DNA from: Candidatus Multivoradales bacterium
GTDB lineage: Bacteria > Acidobacteriota > Thermoanaerobaculia > Multivoradales > Multivoraceae
Direction: 5' to 3'
Length of the DNA stretch: 64,000 nucleotides
Assembly: GCA_965223325.1 (NCBI GenBank)
Contig: CBDCWI010000002.1
Location: 2,976,001 to 3,040,000 of the forward strand
The notes beneath the pieces were generated by a model. It saw only the letters and a program-made list of their open reading frames with translations, ran no database searches and was not told the DNA's origin. Position 1 is the stretch's first letter; each line of letters opens with the position of its first letter. A program made the translations under genes and the position numbers. Shown piece after piece: positions 20,581-29,261 of the stretch.

Positions 20581-20999
20581 GTCGGCGAGACCGGCAGCCC
20601 AACGGCGAAGAAGGGGTGGCGCTCTTCATGGCTTTGGTGGTGCTGCTCATCGTCTCCGCAGCGATGGCGATCCTCGCCGCCGCCATTCAATTTGACAACG
20701 CCGATGTCAGAAATCTCGAGCGTGAACTCCAAGTGAACGCCCTGCGAGACCTGGCGCTCGCCGAAACGGTTGCGAAAATCGCGGAGACGCCCGGCTACAG
20801 TGGCTACGGCGGACTCAGACGACGGGTGGTCAAGGGAGGGTGGCTCGAGTCCGAGGTCATCCAGCTCTCTTCGAAGACCCTGATCGTCGAAGTGCGGGTG
20901 AGCTTCGGCGGCCTCCGAAGAGGGGCAAGCGCACGGGTTCGACTGCGAGAGAAGCTGCCGCCGACCGTATCGGGATGGCAAGCCCTACGCGTTCGGTGA
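20577..20999 (+). CDS. PilX/GspK-like minor pilin
   Basis: G|VALFMAL (no Glu5) plus hydrophobic helix; GTGA overlap. Confidence 0.7.
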   Translation: MSRRDRQPNGEEGVALFMALVVLLIVSAAMAILAAAIQFDNADVRNLERELQVNALRDLALAETVAKIAETPGYSGYGGLRRRVVKGGWLESEVIQLSSKTLIVEVRVSFGGLRRGASARVRLREKLPPTVSGWQALRVR

Positions 21000-21030
21000 A
21001 CCCTGGTCGCCACCAGCGCCCATCGCTAGG

Positions 21031-21495
21031 TCAGCGTCGGAAGTCGTCGAGTCGAACGACTTCGGCATGGCCATCGCCACCGGGGGCCATTTCGCTGGAC
21101 GGCATGGCGGACTCTGCATCCTCGCCTTCGGAGTCGCTCTGGCTTCCCGGAGCCTGCAGCTGTAACCCGAACTCCGCCGACGGGTCGGCGAAGACTGTGA
21201 TCGAAGACCACGGAACCTCGATGCGCTCCTCGACGCCGCTGAAGCGAAGGGTCACCGAGAAGCTCTCCTCGCCAACCAGAAGGTTCCAGAACTGATGCTG
21301 GAGAACCACCGTCATCTCTTCCGGATAGCGACCGCGTAGTTCCTCCGAGAGGTAGACACCCGGCCACTCGGTGCGGAAGGTGATGTAGAAGTGGTGCCCG
21401 TCGGGCAGGCCGTCCTCACTGACACCGAGCATGACCCCGCGCACCACGCCGCGTAGTGCTTCATCCAACCGATGCTCGTAGTCGATGGCAGACAT
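21031..21495 (-). CDS. sspB: ClpXP adaptor SspB-family protein (alphaproteobacterial type)
   Basis: GLPDGHHFYITFRT..PGV...YPEEMTVVLQHQFW...FADPSAEFGL; C-terminal VVRLDDFRR. Confidence 0.88.
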   Translation of the reverse strand: MSAIDYEHRLDEALRGVVRGVMLGVSEDGLPDGHHFYITFRTEWPGVYLSEELRGRYPEEMTVVLQHQFWNLLVGEESFSVTLRFSGVEERIEVPWSSITVFADPSAEFGLQLQAPGSQSDSEGEDAESAMPSSEMAPGGDGHAEVVRLDDFRR

Positions 21496-21504
21496 CAAGT
21501 GATC

Positions 21505-21569
21505 TCGAAGTGCTGTTCGGAGGTGCTGTTCAGAGGTGCTCTTCAGAAGTGCACTTCAGAAGTGCTCTG
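21505..21569. repeat. Five degenerate 13-bp tandem repeats (consensus CAGAAGTGCTNTT)
   Basis: tcgaagtgctgtt / cggaggtgctgtt / cagaggtgctctt / cagaagtgcactt / cagaagtgctctg. Confidence 0.85.
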
Positions 21570-21721
21570 GGGCCTCCTGGAAGACCTCGTATTGGCCTCG
21601 GGGAACGGCTCCGGCATATGGAGGGGGGTCGCGGTCAAGCCGCTTCGAGGCATCGTAGCACCGGATTTTCCGGCCCGCAGCTCGCCCGAGGCAGCCTGTT
21701 TCATAGGCCGCTAGAGCCCCT

Positions 21722-22831
21722 TCAGGCTGTCGCCAGCTCGGCGCTGCGCAGACGCGCATAGGCCGGGCCGTCGACGCAGCGGCGGTCTTCGAGGTCACGG
21801 TTGATGTCCTCTGCCCACCGGCCCGACTCAGCCTCCGGTCCGGCAATCAACGACACGAGCTCGGAACCGAAACCTGAACCGTAGGAGAAGGCCGCAATGC
21901 GTTCACCCTGCAGTCGACCCTGTAGAGCCTGCGCCACCGAAATCCACAGGCTCGCCGTGTAGGCGTTACCGCTCAGTCGGTTCCAGAGCATCGTCGGCTC
22001 GACCTTCTCCTTGATGAACTCGGCGGCACGCTCGGCGGTCATGCCAAACACCTCTGCAACGCGCGTCGCGGCTTTCAAGACCATCTTGGGAAAGGGTACG
22101 TGGAAGCAGATGGCGGCGAATGTCTCGAGCGCCTTCTCTGGATCGCGTTCCTGCATCAAGGAACGGAAGCAGGCTTCGGCCGCCCGCTTGTAGCACTCCA
22201 GGCTGAGCTTGCCGTCGACGGTCGGGTACTCGTGGCCTACCGGTCGGAAGAAGTCGAACTGCGGATCACTGAAGGTGTAGGAGGTCGGCTCGATCTCAGC
22301 GATCAGCGGTCGATCGACAACGAACGCCACCGCGCCGGCACCCTGCGTCGGCTCGCCCGGATCGCCCGGTTCGTAGAGGGCGACGTCGGCTGCCACCACC
22401 AGAGCGGCGCGCCCAGCCGCGGCACCCGAAAGGCGCCACTCGGCAGCCTGACGAAGCGCCAGGGTCCCGCCGTAGCAGGCGTGCTTCACTTCGTACGAAC
22501 GGATCTGGCCCGAAAGGTCGAGCCGATCGGCAACGAAGGCCGACAACGGCCGACTCATGTCGACCGCTGACTCGGTTCCCACCGCGATCATGCCAATGTC
22601 TCGAGGGTCACCCTCCCAACGCGCGAGGGCTCGCCGCGCGGCAACGCTCGCCAGGTCGACAACCGTGTACTCCGGTGGACAGAGCGAGAACTCGGAGCAT
22701 CCGAGTCCTACCAGATACTTCTTCGGATCTTCGCCGCGCAGTTGCGCGAGATCTTCGACCCGCATCGCAAGTGGCGGCAGGTGGAGACCAATCGAGGCAA
22801 TTCCGGTTTTGTCGAGCTTGTCAAAGGCCAT
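21722..22831 (-). CDS. mvaS: Hydroxymethylglutaryl-CoA synthase family protein
   Basis: VGTESAVD, EVKHACYGGT (catalytic Cys), GEPTQGAGAVA, FHVPF, GNAYTAS, FSYGSG. Confidence 0.88.
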   Translation of the reverse strand: MAFDKLDKTGIASIGLHLPPLAMRVEDLAQLRGEDPKKYLVGLGCSEFSLCPPEYTVVDLASVAARRALARWEGDPRDIGMIAVGTESAVDMSRPLSAFVADRLDLSGQIRSYEVKHACYGGTLALRQAAEWRLSGAAAGRAALVVAADVALYEPGDPGEPTQGAGAVAFVVDRPLIAEIEPTSYTFSDPQFDFFRPVGHEYPTVDGKLSLECYKRAAEACFRSLMQERDPEKALETFAAICFHVPFPKMVLKAATRVAEVFGMTAERAAEFIKEKVEPTMLWNRLSGNAYTASLWISVAQALQGRLQGERIAAFSYGSGFGSELVSLIAGPEAESGRWAEDINRDLEDRRCVDGPAYARLRSAELATA

Positions 22832-23176
22832 AAGGCTGTGCCTCTCCACCGAGGTGGTCCGTTTCGTTGTGCTTACCAGAAGTGCGGTCGGGGCTCACCG
22901 CTGGAGGCCCGCAGCGCAGCGCCAGGCGAGTGTGGCGCGCAAACATGTCAATTGAAAGGCTTGGGTGTGGCGGTCTGAGGCCCGGCCGCCGCCGACCTGA
23001 CCTACGCCCGACAGGTTGCGCAGGTTTCGGGATCGGCGGCCAACGGGCCACCCGAAGGGGGCTCGTCGAGGGTTTGCTCGGAGCGCAACGCCGATCATAT
23101 CGAAGCCGGCGCGGATGCCCGCCGGAGCAGGTGGCCCCTGGGACCCCGCTCGACTTCCACGGGCGTCACGGCAGCC

Positions 23177-24136
23177 TCAGTTCAGGTCGCGCGCGCAACG
23201 GAAGCCGGTGTGGTCTAGACCCGAGTCCGGGGTCGCCTGGTTGCGCTTGTCGATCCGGTAGCCCTCGCAGAAGCTCGCCGAACAGAGGAACGAACCACCG
23301 CGCATGACCCGAGGAGCCTCTGCTGCATCCGGTGAGCCGACGCGGGGCGCACGCGGCTGCTGGGAGACGCCCCGCGGGTCGTAGACGTCTTCGGTCCACT
23401 CCCAGGCATTGCCCGCCATGTCGTAGAGACCGTAGCCATTGGGGGCGAATGAAGCGACCGGGGCGAGCGACGATTGGAAGCCGTCGAAGCCCTTGTCTTC
23501 GGCAGGAAAGTCGCCCTGCCAGAGGTTGGCGGGCACGTGCGTCGCATCGTGCTCGGTGGGTGGGTCGTCTCCCCAGGGAAAGCGAACGTCGACCTCGCCA
23601 CCGAGGGCCGCCCACTCCCACTCGGCCTCGCTCGGCAAACGACCGCCGCGGTGCTCGCAGAAGGCGCGCGCGTCGTTCCAACTCACCTGCACCACCGGGT
23701 GATTCGAAGGAGCCTCTGAGCCCGTCGCGCCCCGGGGCGTTCGCCAGTTCGCGCCCTCTGCTTTCAGCCACCACGGTGCCGCCACGACCCGCTCGTCGTG
23801 AGGACCGGGCTCAGAAGGTGCGAACACCAGAGACCAACCCCAACGCTCGGCATCCGTTTCGTAGCTCGTCGCTCTAACGAAAGCGGCGAAGTCGGCGGTC
23901 GTCACTTCGGTCCGGTCAATCGACAACGACTCCACCGCAAGAGTCTCGCCGCTCGCCCGTCGCCAGCGTCCGCCAGGGATGGTCACCATCCCGTCATCGC
24001 CGGGCTCGAGCGCCAGGGCTGCCGCAGCTGACTCAGCGGGCGACGCCAGAGGGGCGTCGGCAGGCTGAGTCTGGTCGCAGGCCAGAAGACCAAGGCCGAC
24101 AAGCGAAGCGACGAACAAGCGCGAGCCGAACCTCAT
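23177..24136 (-). CDS. Formylglycine-generating enzyme (SUMF1) family lipoprotein
   Basis: HPVVQVSWNDA, RLPSEAEWE, NGYGLYDMAGNAWEW, RGGSFLC...C, GFRC; lipobox LLAC. Confidence 0.92.
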   Translation of the reverse strand: MRFGSRLFVASLVGLGLLACDQTQPADAPLASPAESAAAALALEPGDDGMVTIPGGRWRRASGETLAVESLSIDRTEVTTADFAAFVRATSYETDAERWGWSLVFAPSEPGPHDERVVAAPWWLKAEGANWRTPRGATGSEAPSNHPVVQVSWNDARAFCEHRGGRLPSEAEWEWAALGGEVDVRFPWGDDPPTEHDATHVPANLWQGDFPAEDKGFDGFQSSLAPVASFAPNGYGLYDMAGNAWEWTEDVYDPRGVSQQPRAPRVGSPDAAEAPRVMRGGSFLCSASFCEGYRIDKRNQATPDSGLDHTGFRCARDLN

Positions 24137-24507
24137 GCTTCACTCTCGGGGTGCCAGCGAAAACGACTGAGATCGATACGCCCCGCCGGGCTGAAGTCGA
24201 CCCCTTCTCCTTCCAGCAAGGCGCGCTGCCGATTCTCGGCATAGCCACCCATGGCACGAGAACTGATCTCGCCCCGCGCGTTGACCACCCGCTGCCACGG
24301 AACATCGGAATCACCATCGAGCGCGAACAAGGCGTAGCCCACCTGCCGGGCGTGGCGCGAATAGCCAGCGAGCGCTGCCACCTGGCCGTAGGTCGCGACG
24401 CGCCCCGCCGGGATCTGGCGAACGACGTCATAGAACTCGAGCCAGCGGCTGTGGGACTCGCCGGGCGCGTCAGAAGCAGGCACCGGTTGAGATCTGGCAG
24501 GCGACAT
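24133..24507 (-). CDS. Alkyltransferase-like protein (Atl/YbaZ, MGMT family)
   Basis: IPAGRVATYGQVA...ARQVG...VPWQRVVN; Trp replaces the catalytic Cys of PCHR. Confidence 0.9.
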   Translation of the reverse strand: MSPARSQPVPASDAPGESHSRWLEFYDVVRQIPAGRVATYGQVAALAGYSRHARQVGYALFALDGDSDVPWQRVVNARGEISSRAMGGYAENRQRALLEGEGVDFSPAGRIDLSRFRWHPESEA

Positions 24508-24582
24508 CAGAGGCAGAGCGTACCGCTTCCGCAAGCCCCCAAGCCTGGCGCCCACAGGAGGCCCCTGTATTCTCCTGGACCC

Positions 24583-25893
24583 GTGGAGAACATTCCCCTG
24601 CCCCACGCGCCCTCGCCGGGGCCGGCGACAGACGCCGAGCGCCACCCAACCGCCCGCTCGAGCCGCTTCATCGAGCACCATCTACCGCGCAACTTCGTCG
24701 TCCTGTTCATTCACGGCATGCTCGGCCAGACGGGCTTCCGCCTGCTCTCAGCACCGACCTTCTTGCCGGCCTACATCTCGCTCCTGACCGGCACCGACGC
24801 CGCTGCCGGCCTGGCACGCGCCGTCCAGAGCCTCGGCATGTTCATTTCGCCAGTGCTCTCGGCACGCATGGTCGAACACCGGCGGCGGGTACTGCGGATG
24901 GCTTTCGCCTGTGGCATGTCGATGCGCGTCCAGATTCTGTTGCTGGCGCTTGCGGCCCTCTTTCTCCCGCGAGAGCTGGCGCTCTTCGCGGTCTGGCCGG
25001 TGATCGGCGTGTGGGGCTTGATGTCCGGCATGCAGATGGTGGTGTTCAACTTTCTGCTCTCGAAGGCCATCCCGGTCGACCGGCGCGGCCGCCTGCACGG
25101 CTTGCGCAACCTGACCTCGGCACTCACCCTGCTGGTTGTTTCGGCGGCCGCTGGCTGGATGGTCGACCGTTACGGCTTTCCCGGTGGCTACGGGAGAGCC
25201 TTTCTCCTGTCGTTCGTGCTCACCACCAGCGGGCTCCTGGCGATCTTGTTCCTGGTCGAACCGTCGTCAACCGACGTGCGCGCCGCCGTACCCTTGACGA
25301 GCAGGCTCAGCGAGTTGCCTGCCCTGCTTCGCAACGAACCGCACTTCGCCCGCTTCGTTCAGGCGAGGCTCTTCGCCGCCGCGGCACGCGGGGCTCTTCC
25401 CTTCTACATTCTGAGCCTCGGCCAGCGCCTCGAACTGACCGGTGCCCTGATCGGCACGCTGACTATCTCGTTCACCCTGGCGCAGGGAGTCATGGCGATG
25501 GTGTGGGGTTTCCTCGCCGACAAGCGAGGCTTCCGGCTGGTCTTCCTGCTGTCGCTCTTTGCCTGGCTCGCGGCCAACCTCCTGATCCTCGTCGAGCCGG
25601 GGCTCGGTCTTTCCTTCGTCATCTTCTGGCTGGTGGGCGCGGGTTTCTCGGGCTTCCACCTCTCAGGCTCCAACCTGGTCCTCGAGTTCGGGAGCGAACG
25701 CGAGCGCGCTATGCGCATCGCCACCATGCACTCGCTTTCTGAAGCGACTGGAGCCATCGGCTTTTTCCTCGCCGCCGCTCTGGCAGCGACCGCGCCGCTG
25801 GTGACGATCTTCATCGCCTCGGCGACTCTGCAGGTTCTGGCCGCCTTGTTGCTTGGGCGAATGAAGGAACCGCGCCATCATCTGCCCGGATGA
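24583..25893 (+). CDS. MFS transporter
   Basis: About 12 TM helices, GFLADKRG motif; start uncertain. Confidence 0.85.
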   Translation: MENIPLPHAPSPGPATDAERHPTARSSRFIEHHLPRNFVVLFIHGMLGQTGFRLLSAPTFLPAYISLLTGTDAAAGLARAVQSLGMFISPVLSARMVEHRRRVLRMAFACGMSMRVQILLLALAALFLPRELALFAVWPVIGVWGLMSGMQMVVFNFLLSKAIPVDRRGRLHGLRNLTSALTLLVVSAAAGWMVDRYGFPGGYGRAFLLSFVLTTSGLLAILFLVEPSSTDVRAAVPLTSRLSELPALLRNEPHFARFVQARLFAAAARGALPFYILSLGQRLELTGALIGTLTISFTLAQGVMAMVWGFLADKRGFRLVFLLSLFAWLAANLLILVEPGLGLSFVIFWLVGAGFSGFHLSGSNLVLEFGSERERAMRIATMHSLSEATGAIGFFLAAALAATAPLVTIFIASATLQVLAALLLGRMKEPRHHLPG

Positions 25894-25932
25894 GTTCATG
25901 TGTGCCGGAAACCAACCCCGTGAGCCGGTCCC

Positions 25933-26532
25933 ATGACTCTTCGGAAAGGAGATTCGATAGAGATGACTCCTGGTGAACACCCGGACTGGGCAGACGACCT
26001 CAAGGCGGCGCTGGCGGCGTGTGATCGCAAGTCCACCGCCACCCTCCAGGCGCTGCTGTTGGAATTCGACGGAACCCCAGGGTTGGACGATGAACTTCTG
26101 CGGCTGGTGCCGTCGAAACAACCGGAGCTGGCCGTCGGCGCGACCTGGCTCCTGAAGGCAATGCTCGAGGACGGCCTGGAGCTCAACCGCAAGCAGGTCG
26201 CGATGCTTGGCCGATCGCTCGAGACGATCAACGATCCGTGGGCGGCGCTCCACGTCTGCCAGTCACTGCGCTTTCTCGAGATCCCGGCAAGGAATAGAGC
26301 GCAGTTCGCGCGCTTCCTAAAACGCTCCCTGGCGAACGACCAGAAGTTCCTCCGCGCTTGGGCCCTCGACGGTTTCTGGCGCCTGGCCCTTCAACACGAT
26401 CGGTATCTCAGAGAGGCCGAAGCACTCGCCAGGCAGGGCGAGAACGACCCGGTAGGTAGCTCGGGTACACCTGCCGGGGCCCAACAGGGCATTGGCACGG
26501 CATCTGCATCAATGTCTACCAACAAACGGTGA
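25933..26532 (+). CDS. Hypothetical helical (HEAT-like) protein; C-terminus may be aberrant
   Basis: GATWLLKA, KFLRAWALDG; codon style changes after ~26450. Confidence 0.6.
   Translation: MTLRKGDSIEMTPGEHPDWADDLKAALAACDRKSTATLQALLLEFDGTPGLDDELLRLVPSKQPELAVGATWLLKAMLEDGLELNRKQVAMLGRSLETINDPWAALHVCQSLRFLEIPARNRAQFARFLKRSLANDQKFLRAWALDGFWRLALQHDRYLREAEALARQGENDPVGSSGTPAGAQQGIGTASASMSTNKR
26493..26507 (+). promoter_or_regulatory. Putative sigma54 -24/-12 promoter
   Basis: TGGCAC-GGCAT-CTGC, one mismatch to TGGCAC-N5-TTGC. Confidence 0.55.
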
Positions 26533-26698
26533 CCCTGAGGAGGTTCCTGCCTTCGAACAGTGTTCGATTCCCTCCCTATGTCAGTTCCTACCCCGACAGG
26601 ACCTTCCTGAACCCCCACTTCATCGGGGGTCAACCCAATACCTCCCTCCAAAGACCGGGGATCTCCTCTCACCCGTTCCGGGCCCCTCAGGGGCCCGG
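26519..26698 (+). ncRNA. Candidate structured small RNA
   Basis: Starts ~12 nt after the -12 box; 5'/3' closing helix, three internal hairpins, CCUCCC linkers and a terminal perfect 9-bp GC hairpin. Confidence 0.35.
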
Positions 26699-26796
26699 GC
26701 CCTCGCGGCCGCTTCTGATGTCACTGCGCCATCTTGACGCGCACCCATCCAGAACCGAGCCCCTCTGGCCCCTGACTCGGTGAAGTGAAGTGGTCT

Positions 26797-28314
26797 TCAG
26801 CCGGCGATCTTCTCGTCGAGGAAGCTCCGAACCTGGTCGATCGCGACCCGTTCTTGCTCCCCGGTGTCACGGTCGCGCGCGGTCACGGTCTGGTCTTCGA
26901 TCGAGTCGCCGTCGACGGTGAAGCACAGGGGTGTCCCGGCTTCGTCCATGCGCGCGTAACGCTTGCCAATTGCCTGCTTGAGGTCGAACTGCACCGTGTG
27001 ATGCTGACGGAGGTCCATATAGAGCTTCTCGGCGATCTCGGCCATCTCGCCCTTCCCGACTAGCGGGAAGACGCCCGCCTTGATCGGCGCCAGGCGTGGC
27101 TGGAAGCGCATGAGCTCTTTCGACGGGCGGCTCTCGTCATGGGTGTAGGCCTCACACAGCAACACCAGCACACCGCGGGTCAGTCCCGAAGCCGGCTCGA
27201 TGACGTGCGGCATGAAGCGCTCGCGGGTCACGGGGTCGAAGTACTCGAGCTTGGTCTTGCTGTGTTCCTGGTGCTGTTCGAGATCGAACGATCCACGATG
27301 CGCAACGCCCTCGAGTTCACCGAACTCGGGATCGGTAAACGGGTAGCGGTATTCCACATCGTAGGTGCCTTCGCCGGTCTTTGCATAATGCGCGAGCTCA
27401 TCGTCTTCATGCCGCCGCAGGCGCAGGTTGTCGGGGTCGATGCCGAGCGACTGCCACCACTCGAGGCGCTTCTCGGTCCAGAACTCGAACCAGTTTCCAG
27501 CGTCCTCGGGCGCGCAGAACCACTCCATCTCCATCTGTTCGAACTCGCGACTGCGAAAGATGTAGTTGCGCGGCGTGACCTCGTTGCGAAAAGCCTTGCC
27601 GACCTGAGCGATGCCGAACGGCATCTTGACCCGCGACGTGTCGATGACGTTCTTGTAGTTCAGGAAGATGCCCTGTGCGGTTTCGGGACGGAGATAGGCG
27701 GCATTGTCCTCGGTCGCCGTCGCACCCACGAAGGTCTTGAACATCAGGTTGAAGTCGCGCGGTTCGGTCAACGTAGCCGGTTCCGAGGCACCGGGCGCCC
27801 AGGTGCGGGCCCGCTCTTCCTCGGACAGCTGAGAGAACCGGACGGTCTCGAAGTCGTCGAGTGTGCGCTTTCCCTTGGTGACCTTGCGAGCCGTCTTGAG
27901 CGCCGGGTCGGGGTCTCCTTCTTGAAACGCGAAGATCGGGCCGTCGCCGGGCGAGAGTAGGGCCATCAGATGGTCGGCGCGGAAACGCGCTTTGGTCTCC
28001 CGACAATCGACCATTGGGTCGCTGAACCCGCCGACATGGCCGCTGGCGACCCAGGCCGCCGGGTTCTGAACGATCGATGAATCGACGCCGACGACCTGTA
28101 GCGGGTGACCATCGGGACCGATCGGCGGACACTCGACCAGGTCTCGCCACCACGCGTCGCGCAGGTTGTTCTTGAGCTGCACCCCGAGCGGCCCGTAGTC
28201 CCAAAAGCCGTTGATGCCGCCGTAGATCTCCGACGCAGGGAACACGAAACCGCGGCGCTTCGAAAGCGCAACGATCTTCTCCATCTTCTCGGTTCCAGTC
28301 TGAGGGGCACTCAT
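26797..28314 (-). CDS. glyQS: Glycine--tRNA ligase, homodimeric (alpha2) type
   Basis: KRRGFVFPASEIYGG, DYGPLG, LRPETAQGIF, GKAFRNE, REFEQMEME, VIEPASG, IGKRYARMDEAGTP. Confidence 0.97.
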   Translation of the reverse strand: MSAPQTGTEKMEKIVALSKRRGFVFPASEIYGGINGFWDYGPLGVQLKNNLRDAWWRDLVECPPIGPDGHPLQVVGVDSSIVQNPAAWVASGHVGGFSDPMVDCRETKARFRADHLMALLSPGDGPIFAFQEGDPDPALKTARKVTKGKRTLDDFETVRFSQLSEEERARTWAPGASEPATLTEPRDFNLMFKTFVGATATEDNAAYLRPETAQGIFLNYKNVIDTSRVKMPFGIAQVGKAFRNEVTPRNYIFRSREFEQMEMEWFCAPEDAGNWFEFWTEKRLEWWQSLGIDPDNLRLRRHEDDELAHYAKTGEGTYDVEYRYPFTDPEFGELEGVAHRGSFDLEQHQEHSKTKLEYFDPVTRERFMPHVIEPASGLTRGVLVLLCEAYTHDESRPSKELMRFQPRLAPIKAGVFPLVGKGEMAEIAEKLYMDLRQHHTVQFDLKQAIGKRYARMDEAGTPLCFTVDGDSIEDQTVTARDRDTGEQERVAIDQVRSFLDEKIAG

Positions 28315-28359
28315 CGGTTGTCTCCTGCCGGCGCACGCCGGCCTTCTAGGAAAAGGGCG

Positions 28360-29001
28360 TCAAGAGCGAAGCGCCCAGCGGGCCTCACTCATCTCGGCAT
28401 GGGGTCGGGCGTTGAACACTCTCAGAAAAGAGGGTCGATAGTCGACCACGGTGACCGTGCCGGGATCGAGAAAGAAGCGGCGAACGTCCTTCCAGGAAAG
28501 CCCGAGGCTCTCGGCCAGGAGTGCCTTGATCGGACCGACGTGCGACACCATGATCACGATTTCAGCGCCCGCGTCCTCGGACTCGTTGAAAACCCTCGCC
28601 AGCAGCTCGCCCGCGCGCCCGCGCAGCGCGTCTTGTGACTCTCCCCCGGGCGGCGGAGTCGCCGAGTCCGCGTGAAAGCGATCCAGTCGCTCGGCCTGTT
28701 CGGCGCCCTGAGCGCGCACCTCGGCCATCGTCAAACCTTCCCAGGCGCCAAAGTCCTGCTCCGCCAGGGCCTCTTCAATCGCCACCTCGAGCCCTGCTGC
28801 CGTCGCGATGGGCTCGGCGGTCTGCCGGCAACGCTGGCGCGGGCTGGTCAAGAGGCGCGTCGGCCGGAGGCCAGCGACGGCCTCGGCGAGGGCCGCCGCC
28901 TGGCGCTCACCCTCCGGCGTAAGTGCCGGGTCGCTAGCGCCCACGTAGCGCATCTCTCGATTGGCCGCGACCTCACCGTGTCGCACCAGAATCAGCCGCA
29001 C
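28360..29001 (-). CDS. Histidine phosphatase family protein
   Basis: LVRHGE, TSPRQRC, EQDFGAWEG, PGGES, VSHVG. Confidence 0.92.
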   Translation of the reverse strand: MRLILVRHGEVAANREMRYVGASDPALTPEGERQAAALAEAVAGLRPTRLLTSPRQRCRQTAEPIATAAGLEVAIEEALAEQDFGAWEGLTMAEVRAQGAEQAERLDRFHADSATPPPGGESQDALRGRAGELLARVFNESEDAGAEIVIMVSHVGPIKALLAESLGLSWKDVRRFFLDPGTVTVVDYRPSFLRVFNARPHAEMSEARWALRS

Positions 29002-29095
29002 TGCTCCTCCTCGAGGCGGGCCCCGGAGAGACCGTCCGGTTGATCATCCGCCGCTTCGACGCATGCTACCTACTACGACACCGGCCAGGGGACTG

Positions 29096-29261
29096 CTAGT
29101 ACCCCGTACCCTTGAAACGGATAGTGGCTGAGCGGATGATCGTGCTCGAGATCAAGGCGTCACGACGCAGGCATATTGGTGATCTGTCGAGGAGTGACAA
29201 CACAGAGATCGAGCGCGAGGACCGCGCAGACGCTGTGAGTTTCAATGGTACGGGGTACTAG
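29096..29261. mobile_element. 166-bp palindromic MITE-like element, copy 1
   Basis: 23-bp terminal inverted repeats CTAGTACCCCGTACCcTTGAAAC / GTTTCAATGGTACGGGGTACTAG (1 mismatch); near-identical to 31538-31704; right end contains the TAG stop of the PDZ gene. Confidence 0.85.

Noticed and set aside
23177-24136. FGE/C-type-lectin-fold gene as a diversity-generating retroelement target
   Set aside because: No template repeat or reverse transcriptase in the window; the catalytic-type Cys pair is retained
26367-26381. Enhancer-like CGACGGTTTCTGGCG upstream of the 26493 sigma54 box
   Set aside because: Wrong spacing (N7), one mismatch, and explained by the coding sequence LDGFW
26534-26560. Hammerhead ribozyme core (CUGAGGA...CGAA)
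   Set aside because: GAAC instead of GAAA, and no convincing stems I-III
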